From Spartobacteria bacterium (GTDB lineage Bacteria; Verrucomicrobiota; Kiritimatiellia; RZYC01), in contig RZZM01000001.1 in NCBI GenBank assembly GCA_009929845.1, positions 14,166 through 78,165 on the forward strand: 64,000 nucleotides of DNA. Reading direction: 5' to 3'. Shown here in pieces: positions 10,634 through 19,711 of the stretch. The notes under the pieces were generated by a model. It did not search any database. It was not told the DNA's origin and was given only the letters and a program-made list of their open reading frames with translations. The position numbers and the translations under genes were made by a program. Within the stretch, counting starts at the first letter, position 1, and each line of letters starts with the position of its first letter.

Positions 10634-11910
10634 TGCCTGGTATCCAGGGAGCCGATACCGGCCTTTTCAAACAACAGGTGCCAGGTGGAATGCCGCCAGA
10701 TGCCCCGCAGGGAATCGGTGGCTTGCGCTATGCCGATGATGAAACAGAGCCAGAAGAGGATCCAGAGCGTCCGTCGGTGCATACGGTCCAGCCAGGACGC
10801 GGTGAAGAGCATAAGCAGCGGGACGGCTTCCAGCAGCCAACGGGGGCCCAGGCATATACCCCCATAGTTCCGCGTCTTCACGCCCAGTGCGAAGATGACC
10901 AGGGCCAGGGGGATGCCAATAGTGAGGGCCTCTGGACGGCGGGCCTCGCGTTTTACCAGTACACGTATAAGCTCGAAGGCGCCGAATAACAGCGCCGGCG
11001 TCATTGCGAAAATTCCGTGATGTCCGAAAAGCAGGTGAAAGAAATAGACCCCCTTGGGTTCCCAGAGCGCGTCAATTCCCGTCATATTGAGCCAGTACGA
11101 GCCGTCATAAAAATACAGGCCCTTGCGGAAGTAGACCGGTACGACCGAACCAGTCGACAGGTACGTCAAAAACAGGCTGAGGGCAACAAAAACAACCGAT
11201 GCGGGAATAAATCGGCACACCGTTTTTCGTGGATGGAGCGTCAGCAGATAGAACATGAACGCCCCGCTGAAAAGGCCGGCCCAGACCTCGAGGGTAGGGG
11301 CCAGCCCCGCGAAGAGGCCGGCCAGAAACCAGTGGCCGGGGGTGTCGGCGATATTCCTGCGTATGAGATAACAGTAATAGAAGCAGACCAGCAGGGCGGT
11401 GGCGGCGGGGGTGTGGTTGTTGATGCCCCGGGCATACCCCAGTCCGATAAATCCGAGCGCCAGACAGGAAAACGCGATGAGGCGCGCCATGTCGTGCCGC
11501 ACCCAGTGACGCAGCAGCAGGAAGAAAAAAAGCAACAGAACGATATGCGGAAGGATGACTGTGACGAGGGCAATCCAGAAAAGGGCGCCGGGTTCGTTGC
11601 TGACAAAGGTTTCTCCGGTGATGCGGTGATAGAGCCAGTAGGGGACCACCCCGACCACCGGGAGCAATGGGGGTTTCGACGAGTAATAGTGGCCATCAAT
11701 CTGTACCTTGTCCGGGGTGCGACAGTAGGGGCTGTGATCAATCCGGAAGGTCCCGCGATGTACCAGCGAATCAATGGTCGCCAGCCGGCTCTCCGGATTG
11801 GCCGACGGATGCCGCTCATAAAAGACGCACAGCAACACCACGTTCAGCAAAAGCAGTCCGGCAACGATGCCCTGGGTCCATGGTCGGATTCGCTCTTTGT
11901 CGGCTTCCAT
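10630..11910 (-). CDS. GT-C fold membrane glycosyltransferase (PMT/ArnT-like, GT39/GT83 family)
   Basis: It has more than 10 TM helices, an N-terminal periplasmic-loop motif DGHYYSSKPPLLP typical of PMT/ArnT-type GT-C enzymes, and ATGA overlap with the downstream gene. Confidence 0.55.
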   Translation of the reverse strand: MEADKERIRPWTQGIVAGLLLLNVVLLCVFYERHPSANPESRLATIDSLVHRGTFRIDHSPYCRTPDKVQIDGHYYSSKPPLLPVVGVVPYWLYHRITGETFVSNEPGALFWIALVTVILPHIVLLLFFFLLLRHWVRHDMARLIAFSCLALGFIGLGYARGINNHTPAATALLVCFYYCYLIRRNIADTPGHWFLAGLFAGLAPTLEVWAGLFSGAFMFYLLTLHPRKTVCRFIPASVVFVALSLFLTYLSTGSVVPVYFRKGLYFYDGSYWLNMTGIDALWEPKGVYFFHLLFGHHGIFAMTPALLFGAFELIRVLVKREARRPEALTIGIPLALVIFALGVKTRNYGGICLGPRWLLEAVPLLMLFTASWLDRMHRRTLWILFWLCFIIGIAQATDSLRGIWRHSTWHLLFEKAGIGSLDTRQ

Positions 11911-11921
11911 TACGCACCGCG

Positions 11922-13802
11922 TCAGTCAAGGACCAGGGTGAGCGCCTGTTGCTCTGGCAACAGCGTGAATGACACAGTGACCTGCCGGTCGTCCTTCTGG
12001 ACCGTGATTTCGTAGTCCCCGTAAAAGGCGCGGTTCCGGTAGCCTCCGTCGCCGTCGGTCTGGCCGTCAAGCCGGGTCCACCAGTCATCGAAAACAAGCT
12101 GTTTGTATGCCTTCAGCGCCGGCCGTTCGGTCCAGTCCCTGCGCAGGAAGGCGGCCTGTCCTCGCCAGTGCGCGCCTTCCCAGAATCCCCACACAAAAAA
12201 GCCGGTAATAGCCGGATGACTGAAGATCGTCATCATGAAATCGCGCGTGTAGTCGGCCTGCAGGGCCTCATCCTGCGTATTGACATCGAACTCGGTGATC
12301 TTGAGGTCCAGCCCCAGGGCGGCATAGCGGTCGAGCAGGTCCAATACACGGGTGGGTGGGGTGAGGTCGGCGCCAAAATGGGACTGGAAGCCCAGACCGG
12401 TGATGGGGGCGCCGTTGTCCAGCAGAAAGCGGGCCGTCGTTTCAAAGTGATCCTGGTGGAGGGTGTCGCGACCTCCCGCGGCCAGTATCGAGTAGTCGTT
12501 GAGATACAGCGGGGTGTCGGGCAGGACGGTTCGGGCCTGTCTGAACCAGTCAAGCATGATGTCCGGTCCGAAGAGGTCCATCATGTCGTGGTTGTCGTAG
12601 GGTTCGTTCAGGACATCCCATTCGTCTACCGTGTCCTGTGTGGCTTCACACATTTCGGTGATGTGTTCCCGGATGATACGGGGAATGTCGTCGGGGGCCT
12701 CTTTTAACGCCTTGAGCCGTTCGGGCATATTCTTCCAGCTTGGCCAGACCAGCGCATGGCCCCGAATGTAAAACCCGTTGTCCCTGAGCCATTGCAGTCC
12801 CTTCAGCGTGTTCTCACTCGACAGGTCCGGCCCCCAGTCGCCGGACCACGCCTCCCACTTCAAGGCGTTTTCAGTCACGACAGCGTTGAACAGTTCCTTC
12901 AAATGGCGGGTGTAGCGTTCGCTCTCTTCGTCGGCGCGTATCACCCGGCTGGGGACAACGGCGGTTCCAAAAGGAAAGGCGTGCCGTCGCATCTCGATGC
13001 GCACACGCGCCGACTCTACGGGCTGTCCATCCCGGTCCACAACGCGCACGGCGAGGTCGCCCTTGCGTATCCGCTCGATACGCTGACGCGCTTCTTCGCG
13101 CCATGGGGCCTCGGGTTCCTGACCGGCATAGGTCAAGGTTGTTTTCGGCAGGTCATCCACGGTCAGGGTCTTTCCGTACCCTGTAAGCGAAACGTCGGCA
13201 ATCTCGATGCGCTGGTTGATCGAACCCAGCCCGAACGCCAGGTCGGCGGCGCCGGCGGCATAGCCGTCGATAAAGGTAAACGGCAGGAGGTATTCCTGCC
13301 AGTGCGGCCCGATCGACAGGGTGACCAGCAGCGATTTGTCCCAGTCGGCGACGGACTTCTGGCAGTAGATGGTCAGGATGCCTTCGCCGGTCTCATCAGA
13401 AGACGAAACACAGCGGGTCCTGAAGCGTAGCAGCGCGACATCGCCCTTTTCGACGGATACGGCGAGGGGTTTCTTGATCTCCGCGCCCCAGGGTTGACCC
13501 GAGGCATTGGTTACCGTGATTTGCAGGATCTCGGCGACGGAATCAACGCCTGGAAGCCGGGCAAACTGAGCGCGGTTGTTCATGTACGGTTGAGCGCCTG
13601 CCATGTTGGCGTCCCCGAGGAGGTTGATCCCGGTCGGGATATCCGGTGTCGGCTCAAGCGCATTGGAATCATCAACAGGTTTCAGCGTCATATCATCTTT
13701 CCCCTGTACAGGCCGGGTTGCCGGTGGATGCGGTGCGGTGCAGCCCATGAGAAGTGTGAGTATACAAAACAGTATATAGATCGTCTTTTTCATCGTTTTC
13801 AT
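11922..13802 (-). CDS. Endo-1,4-beta-xylanase (GH10) lipoprotein with an N-terminal carbohydrate-binding-like domain
   Basis: It has a lipoprotein signal (ILTLLMGCTAP). The GH10 catalytic motifs are WDVLNEP (acid/base) and ITEFDV (nucleophile). The start is chosen at MKTMKK. Confidence 0.75.
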   Translation of the reverse strand: MKTMKKTIYILFCILTLLMGCTAPHPPATRPVQGKDDMTLKPVDDSNALEPTPDIPTGINLLGDANMAGAQPYMNNRAQFARLPGVDSVAEILQITVTNASGQPWGAEIKKPLAVSVEKGDVALLRFRTRCVSSSDETGEGILTIYCQKSVADWDKSLLVTLSIGPHWQEYLLPFTFIDGYAAGAADLAFGLGSINQRIEIADVSLTGYGKTLTVDDLPKTTLTYAGQEPEAPWREEARQRIERIRKGDLAVRVVDRDGQPVESARVRIEMRRHAFPFGTAVVPSRVIRADEESERYTRHLKELFNAVVTENALKWEAWSGDWGPDLSSENTLKGLQWLRDNGFYIRGHALVWPSWKNMPERLKALKEAPDDIPRIIREHITEMCEATQDTVDEWDVLNEPYDNHDMMDLFGPDIMLDWFRQARTVLPDTPLYLNDYSILAAGGRDTLHQDHFETTARFLLDNGAPITGLGFQSHFGADLTPPTRVLDLLDRYAALGLDLKITEFDVNTQDEALQADYTRDFMMTIFSHPAITGFFVWGFWEGAHWRGQAAFLRRDWTERPALKAYKQLVFDDWWTRLDGQTDGDGGYRNRAFYGDYEITVQKDDRQVTVSFTLLPEQQALTLVLD

Positions 13803-13924
13803 GTCCAACATATCCAGCACTTTAATTAGTGGTGCAGGCACGCTAACGGGTAATCGTCTCAACGTCAAGTGCTGTGACCGCAGTGATTTTTTGGTATTTT
13901 CGTCCCTGTGCATGCGCGGCTATG

Positions 13925-13956
13925 CGTACGCGGCAGGCTGAAGCCTGTACAACGAA
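13925..13956. repeat. Single copy of the REP-like hairpin unit GCGGCAGGCTRAAGCCTGTACAACGA
   Basis: CGCGGCAGGCTGAAGCCTGTACAACGAA contains the inverted repeat CAGGCT/AGCCTG. The same unit occurs four times in tandem at 38821-38928. Confidence 0.7.
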
Positions 13957-14118
13957 CCTCTTCCTTCCAGGGCAACACCCTGGTGTCAACTTCCACGGGG
14001 CAAGGAGTTCTGCCCTTGTCCCCGAAATTAGTTGCGGCAGGTGTTGAACCTGCTGCCGATTTTGTGTACTATGCAAGGGAAGTTAGGCAATACGCTTACA
14101 CAGTGAGTACATCGGGTT

Positions 14119-15606
14119 ATGTGGAAGAGAGCGTTAAAAGAGGTCCGGGAACGAAGCGTTGGAGCGCCATTGCGCCGGGCGGGCGCGGTGGTTTGCGTTC
14201 TGCTCGCGGCTGTAGATCCGGCGTGTTCGCTGGAGGACGGGATGCCCGGAGATATATTAAAAATTGTGCGCTATGACAATGACCTGTCCGGTTATGATGT
14301 GTTGGGCTGGATGGGGCATATTATCGTGGTGGCGTTTGTCGTTATCATCGGCATTCTCTATTGGAACTGGCGCCTGTACCGGGAAATCAGAAAACGGGAA
14401 GAGGTGGAAGTGGCGCGTCAGGAAAGTGAGGCCCGTTACCGGATATTGATCGATCAGGGGTTTAACGGCATATTTGTTCATGATCATTTTGTTGTTCTGG
14501 ATATCAACAAACAGATGGCCGAGATGGTAGGCCGCGCTAGAGAAGAACTGATCGGAACGGATGCGGGCGTGCTGTTTGAGCGTAGTATGTCGGATGCGTT
14601 GCATGGGCTGTCTGACCAGGGGGCCACGGCCAGGTTGCGGTTGTACGTGCGACACAAGGACGGTTCCGTCATACCGGTTGAAGCCTTCAGCGCGTTGTGC
14701 CGATTTCATGGGACGGACGCCACCATCGTCGCCATGCGCGATATGCGCGCGCAGGATGAAGCAGAGCGGATTTTGCGCGCAAACTATAATGAGATGGAGC
14801 AACGGGTCCAGGAACGTACCAGCGAGTTGGATGCTCGCGTGCGTGAAGCCGAAGACCTTAATCGGGCCATGATCAATATCCTGGAGGATTTGCAGGCGGT
14901 CAACCGGAACCTTAACCAGATGGCCGTGCGCCTGGAAGCCGCCAACCGCGAACTTGAGTCCTTTTCCTACTCGGTTTCCCATGACCTGCGCGCGCCGTTG
15001 CGCGCCATCGATGGATTCAGCCAGGCCATTGAGGAGGACTACACCCACCTGTTGGATGACCAGGGGCGCCATTACCTGCAACGGATACGCCATGCCAGCC
15101 GACGCATGGGCGACCTGATTGATGATATGCTGAACCTTTCGCGTTTGTCCCGTCGTACCATGCAGATCGAACAGGTCAACCTGAGCCATATCGCCTACGA
15201 AATCGGACGGGAACTGAAGGAAGCGCAGCCTGCGCGGCAAGCGGAGTTTGTGATCGCCCCCGATGTCGTCGTCCAGGGCGATGAACGCCTGCTGACCGTG
15301 GCCATGACCAATCTGCTTACCAATGCGTGGAAATTTACCTCCAGCCATTCGTCCGCCCGTATCGAGTTCGGGATTGAAACAACGAATGAATGTACGGCGT
15401 GTTATGTAAAAGACGACGGTGTCGGGTTCGATATGGCGTACGCGGGAAAGCTCTTCGGGGCCTTCCAGCGGCTGCATCACCAAGCGGAGTTTCCCGGCGC
15501 CGGGATCGGGCTGGCTACCGTGCAACGGATTATCCATCGGCATGGCGGCCAGGTCTGGGCAAAAGGCGAAGTGGAAAAAGGCGCCACCTTTTTCTTTAGC
15601 CTGTAA
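14119..15606 (+). CDS. PAS-domain sensor histidine kinase
   Basis: It has a TM segment, a PAS-like region, a HisKA H-box (SFSYSVSHDLRAPLRAI) and HATPase N/G boxes (LLTNAWKF, GVGFD, GAGIGLATVQ). The real start may be at the internal MPGDILK (14242). Confidence 0.8.
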   Translation: MWKRALKEVRERSVGAPLRRAGAVVCVLLAAVDPACSLEDGMPGDILKIVRYDNDLSGYDVLGWMGHIIVVAFVVIIGILYWNWRLYREIRKREEVEVARQESEARYRILIDQGFNGIFVHDHFVVLDINKQMAEMVGRAREELIGTDAGVLFERSMSDALHGLSDQGATARLRLYVRHKDGSVIPVEAFSALCRFHGTDATIVAMRDMRAQDEAERILRANYNEMEQRVQERTSELDARVREAEDLNRAMINILEDLQAVNRNLNQMAVRLEAANRELESFSYSVSHDLRAPLRAIDGFSQAIEEDYTHLLDDQGRHYLQRIRHASRRMGDLIDDMLNLSRLSRRTMQIEQVNLSHIAYEIGRELKEAQPARQAEFVIAPDVVVQGDERLLTVAMTNLLTNAWKFTSSHSSARIEFGIETTNECTACYVKDDGVGFDMAYAGKLFGAFQRLHHQAEFPGAGIGLATVQRIIHRHGGQVWAKGEVEKGATFFFSL

Positions 15607-15619
15607 CGTGTGAGGCCAT

Positions 15620-16093
15620 ATGAATGATAAAGCGTATATCCTACTGGTCGAGGACAATCCGGACGATGAGGCCCTGACCATCCGGGCGTTGAAAAAGAAC
15701 AACATCAGCAACGAAGTGGTTGTGATTCGCGACGGGGCCGACGCGGTCGATTTTATCCTGGCCCGGGGAAACTATGCCCACCGTGATCCCCTGGACCTGC
15801 CTGTGGTTGTCCTGCTGGACCTCAAACTGCCCAAGATCGAGGGCCTTGAGGTGCTGCGCCAGATTCGGCGCGATCCGGTGGCCAAACTGCTCCCGGTCGT
15901 GATCCTGACCTCATCCAAGGAAGAACAGGACCTGATCGGAGGATACAGCAACGGCGCCAACAGCTATATCCGTAAACCCGTGGACTTCACGCAATTCACC
16001 GAAGTCTTGGGCCATATCGGCTTATATTGGTTGTTGCTAAACGAAAAACCGCCTATACTTCGCGGCACCAAACGTAAACAGGACACATTATGA
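15620..16093 (+). CDS. Single-domain response regulator (CheY-like receiver)
   Basis: ILLVEDNPDDE, a phospho-acceptor Asp (VLLDLKLP) and a conserved Lys (YIRKP); no output domain. Confidence 0.8.
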   Translation: MNDKAYILLVEDNPDDEALTIRALKKNNISNEVVVIRDGADAVDFILARGNYAHRDPLDLPVVVLLDLKLPKIEGLEVLRQIRRDPVAKLLPVVILTSSKEEQDLIGGYSNGANSYIRKPVDFTQFTEVLGHIGLYWLLLNEKPPILRGTKRKQDTL

Positions 16094-18111
16094 GTGCATC
16101 GCTGATAATTCTGATTGTGGACGACAATGAAGATGACGCGTTACTGATTGTGCGTGAGCTGCGGCAAGGCGGCTATGAACCGGATTATCATTGCGTGGCC
16201 TCGCGCGAAGGCATGACACAGGCCCTCGAATCCAAACGGTGGGATGTCGTCGTGGCCGACTACGCCATGCCCCAGTTTACCGGGCTCGATGCCCTGAGTA
16301 TCCTCCGGGATCACGATCCGGATATGCCCTTTATCCTGGTGTCGGGGACCATCGGCGAAGAAACCGCCGTGGAAGCCATGCGCGCCGGCGCCCAGGATTA
16401 TATGATGAAAAATAACCTGCATCGGCTCTGCCCGGCCATCAAGCGCGAATTGCGCGAGGCTGAAGTCCGCCGCCTGCGGCGTTTTGCCGAGGACGCCCTG
16501 CGCGAGCAGAAGGAACTGCTGGACAATATCATCAGTACCGTACCTTACTGTGTCTTCTGGAAGGATCGTGACTCCGTCTTTCTGGGGTGCAATGAGAGTT
16601 TTGCCCGGACCTGCGGGCTGAACCATCCCGATGATATCCTGGGCAAAACCGACCACGACCTTCCCTATACGCGGGATGTGGCGGACGCCTACCGGGCGCT
16701 TGATCAGGAGGTCATGAGTACCGGCATCCCCATCACCGGACAGGAGGAAACACATACCGATGTCAACGGACGCCAGTCCACCATATTGATCAGCAAGGTG
16801 CCGTTACGTGACAACAACGGAGGGGTGGTCGGTATCCTCGGCGCCTTCACCGATATCAGCGAACGGAAAACGATGGAGGAAGAACTCCTCCAGGCCAAGG
16901 AAAGCGCCGAGGCCGCCAATCGGGCCAAAAGCGAATTTCTCGCCAATATGAGTCATGAACTCCGTACCCCCCTCAACGCCGTACTGGGCTTTACCGAATT
17001 GATCCTCGAAACGGATCTGACCACAGAGCAACGCAAGGATCTCGAAATTGTATGCAGTCGTGGCAAGGATCTGCTCGAATTGATTCAGGGCCTGTTGGAT
17101 CATTCCCAGATTGATGCCGGACATATAACCTTCCGTCCGACTGAAGTCACGCTGCGCAACCTCATAAATGACATCGTTTTTTCCATGGGCCCCCGCGTCC
17201 GCGCCAAGGGCCTGGCGCTTCATCGACAGATCGATGCGGCGGTGCCGCCCATTGTTGTCGTGGACGTGCTCCGTCTGCGCCAGATCATTCAGAACCTCGT
17301 CAACAACGCCATGAAATTTACCGATGAGGGCGCGATCACCATCGATATCGCCCTCGCCGCCCAACCTGATTCCTCGCTCGAAAAACCACCCTTTCTTCTA
17401 CAGTCCGACGAATACGACACCTGGCAGGAACTGGAATTTCGGGTGCGTGACACCGGCATTGGCATCCCGAAGCATCAGCAGGAGCGCATTTTCGAGCACT
17501 TTACACAGGCCGATGGCTCTATGACACGCGCCTACGGCGGCGTGGGGCTGGGCCTGGCCATTTGTCGGCAGTTGGTCGGCCTCATGGGCGGCGAGATCAC
17601 CGTCGAAAGCGAAATGGGGAAGGGCAGCGCCTTCACCTTTCGCCTTAACCTGCCCTGCCTCGATGAATCCCGCCAGGCCGACGGGCCCCCGGACCTCTCT
17701 TCCTGCATCTCATCCACCGTCAACCCGCCGGAAATTCACCGCGAAAGCCTGCAAATCCTGTTGGCCGAAGACGATCCCGCCAGCCGCATCCTGACCTCAA
17801 AAAAACTGCGCAGGGAAGGCCACCATGTATTTTGCGTGGCCAACGGAAAGCAAGCCGTCGAACAGATTATGAGCAAAAAATATGACCTCGTGCTGATGGA
17901 TATCCAGATGCCGGTGATGGATGGTCTCGACGCCACCCGTATCATCCGCGAGCGTATGGATGAAAACAAGCGCCCCTGTATTATCGCCATCACCGCCCAC
18001 GCATTTGATGACGACAAAGCTCGCTGTGTGGCCGCCGGCATGGACGGCTATATCGCCAAACCCGTCCGCGGCGAAGACCTCCTCAACATCATCGAATCCC
18101 TCCAAAAATAA
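16090..18111 (+). CDS. Hybrid sensor histidine kinase (REC-PAS-HisKA-HATPase-REC)
   Basis: It has an N-terminal receiver (ILIVDDNEDD...VVVADYAMP), a PAS region, an H-box FLANMSHELRTPLNAV, an ATPase domain (DTGIGIP, GGVGLGLAI) and a C-terminal receiver (ILLAEDD...LVLMDIQMP). Confidence 0.85.
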   Translation: MSASLIILIVDDNEDDALLIVRELRQGGYEPDYHCVASREGMTQALESKRWDVVVADYAMPQFTGLDALSILRDHDPDMPFILVSGTIGEETAVEAMRAGAQDYMMKNNLHRLCPAIKRELREAEVRRLRRFAEDALREQKELLDNIISTVPYCVFWKDRDSVFLGCNESFARTCGLNHPDDILGKTDHDLPYTRDVADAYRALDQEVMSTGIPITGQEETHTDVNGRQSTILISKVPLRDNNGGVVGILGAFTDISERKTMEEELLQAKESAEAANRAKSEFLANMSHELRTPLNAVLGFTELILETDLTTEQRKDLEIVCSRGKDLLELIQGLLDHSQIDAGHITFRPTEVTLRNLINDIVFSMGPRVRAKGLALHRQIDAAVPPIVVVDVLRLRQIIQNLVNNAMKFTDEGAITIDIALAAQPDSSLEKPPFLLQSDEYDTWQELEFRVRDTGIGIPKHQQERIFEHFTQADGSMTRAYGGVGLGLAICRQLVGLMGGEITVESEMGKGSAFTFRLNLPCLDESRQADGPPDLSSCISSTVNPPEIHRESLQILLAEDDPASRILTSKKLRREGHHVFCVANGKQAVEQIMSKKYDLVLMDIQMPVMDGLDATRIIRERMDENKRPCIIAITAHAFDDDKARCVAAGMDGYIAKPVRGEDLLNIIESLQK

Positions 18112-18181
18112 ATCGGGCAAAAAAGCACCACGGATGGTTTCGCTGCTGCGTCCGGCGACATGGATGATGGCGTTTTTGGCC

Positions 18182-19711
18182 CTACATTCCCACGCGCTGT
18201 GGGGGGGGGGCGGCGATATTTTCGGTAAAGAGCGGATTGGTGGCGAGTTTCAGTGGATGGCCTGCCGTGACGACGGCGCGGTAGCAGGCTTTTCCCTCCA
18301 GGGGGGCGGTATGGGAAAAGGTGGTCGGCAGGTCGCGTTCATCCGTGGCGATGACTTCCCCGTTCCTGATAAGCTGGATGGTGGCGCGCGTGTCCGGTTG
18401 TTTGCTGCTGAGCGCGAGGGTTGCCGTGACCTCGGCGTCTGCATTTTCGGAGGTGGTCTGTTCCAGTTTCCAGTCATCCAGTACCAGGTAATTAGCGTCG
18501 GTGTTCCGTCGCGCGTAGCACTGTCCCGTGCGCAGGCCTTCCAGCAGGGCGTCCGGGGTACGGGTTTCGGCCAGGATCACGGTTTCGACATTCCCGAGTT
18601 TCTTGGTTTTTGCCTGGCCCTCGTAGTGGTAGAGCATTTCGCCATAGCACCAGGCGGGCGCGGGGCGTGAGCCGTCCAGGTACTGTTCGAGGGCCTTGTC
18701 CCAGAGGCTTCCGGGATCCGTCAGATTGTTTTTACCTTCATAGACCCCGCCGAAGGCGGTATATCCGCTGGTGGTCAGCAGGACGCCGGGGTAGGGGGCG
18801 GTATCGGCCTGGAAGCGGATACCGTGATAATCAAACTCGTGGTGGTCCACCGCTTCGGGGTGCGCCCAGTAGTGCACGATGTTGTGCCGGTTGAAGTAAT
18901 CAATCATGGCCTGCTCGTGGGTGGGCGCGTGTTCTTCGCCGTAGATCTGGAAATCCGGTTGTTGGCGGGCCCACCAGTCCGCCGCGAAACATACAAGCGC
19001 GATGGGCAGGATCACGGTGGCCAGCGCGGACCAGCGGATATCGCGCGTGGAGAGCCCGCTGCGTCGGGCGAGGACCGGCGCCACGAAGAGGAAACAGAAA
19101 ATGGCAAAAATGAACAGGGCCAGCAGCGCGCGGGTGGCGATGATCCAGTAGGTGTGTTTGCCCGGGATAAAGCCGCAGCACTCGGGGATGTCGCGCAGTG
19201 TTTGCGCGTCGAAGGGTCCCAGCGCGATAATGTTTCGTTGATGATTATGACAGACCAGGTCCTGGTTGCGGAGGGCGCCGGTCCAGTATACACGCGGGCA
19301 GGTTTCGGCCCCGGCCACATACAGGATATCGTCTTGGCGCGCATTTTCCCGTTGTATGGCATCCAGGTAATTTTCCGGCCCAAAGGTCATGATGGAAGGC
19401 AGGGAGTACCCGGCCCAGAGGATGTTGCGCAGCGGGGGGAGCCCGAACTGGATATACTCGGTGATGTTGTCTGTCAGGAACACCGCATCCAGGCCGTAGC
19501 CTTTTGCGACTTCCGTGAGTTTGGGCAGGGCGTAGCTCCCGCTGGACATGTCGCTTTGCACATGTAAAACGGCCCGGTACTGATTTTTATCTTTCCATTG
19601 CGCATCGGAAAGTGTTTGCTTCGGGGGAGACGCGAATGTATGGAATCCGACGGAAAGGATTGTCAGGAATATGGTCCCTGTTGATAACCGGGTAGCATTA
19701 GAACCGAGCAT
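18182..19711 (-). CDS. Membrane-associated protein with a PHP-like domain (possibly degenerate metal site)
   Basis: LHVQSDMSSGSYALPKLTEVAKGYGLDAVFLTDN aligns with the PHP N-terminal motif, but HxH reads HVQ and the final TDH reads TDN. It also has internal TM helices. The start is chosen at MLGSNATRL. Confidence 0.4.
   Translation of the reverse strand: MLGSNATRLSTGTIFLTILSVGFHTFASPPKQTLSDAQWKDKNQYRAVLHVQSDMSSGSYALPKLTEVAKGYGLDAVFLTDNITEYIQFGLPPLRNILWAGYSLPSIMTFGPENYLDAIQRENARQDDILYVAGAETCPRVYWTGALRNQDLVCHNHQRNIIALGPFDAQTLRDIPECCGFIPGKHTYWIIATRALLALFIFAIFCFLFVAPVLARRSGLSTRDIRWSALATVILPIALVCFAADWWARQQPDFQIYGEEHAPTHEQAMIDYFNRHNIVHYWAHPEAVDHHEFDYHGIRFQADTAPYPGVLLTTSGYTAFGGVYEGKNNLTDPGSLWDKALEQYLDGSRPAPAWCYGEMLYHYEGQAKTKKLGNVETVILAETRTPDALLEGLRTGQCYARRNTDANYLVLDDWKLEQTTSENADAEVTATLALSSKQPDTRATIQLIRNGEVIATDERDLPTTFSHTAPLEGKACYRAVVTAGHPLKLATNPLFTENIAAPPPQRVGM

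Noticed and set aside
13950-14070. Possible tRNA among the hairpins upstream of the PAS kinase
   Set aside because: The candidate anticodon stem-loops have 5-nt loops. No acceptor/T-arm arrangement with a GTTCRA T-loop could be assembled on either strand.
18112-18181. Inverted repeat GGGCAAAAAAGC / GGCGTTTTTGGCCC between the convergent hybrid kinase and PHP-like genes as a bidirectional terminator
   Set aside because: The arms are about 45 bp apart with poor complementarity in between. It is plausible but not supportable as a terminator from sequence alone.
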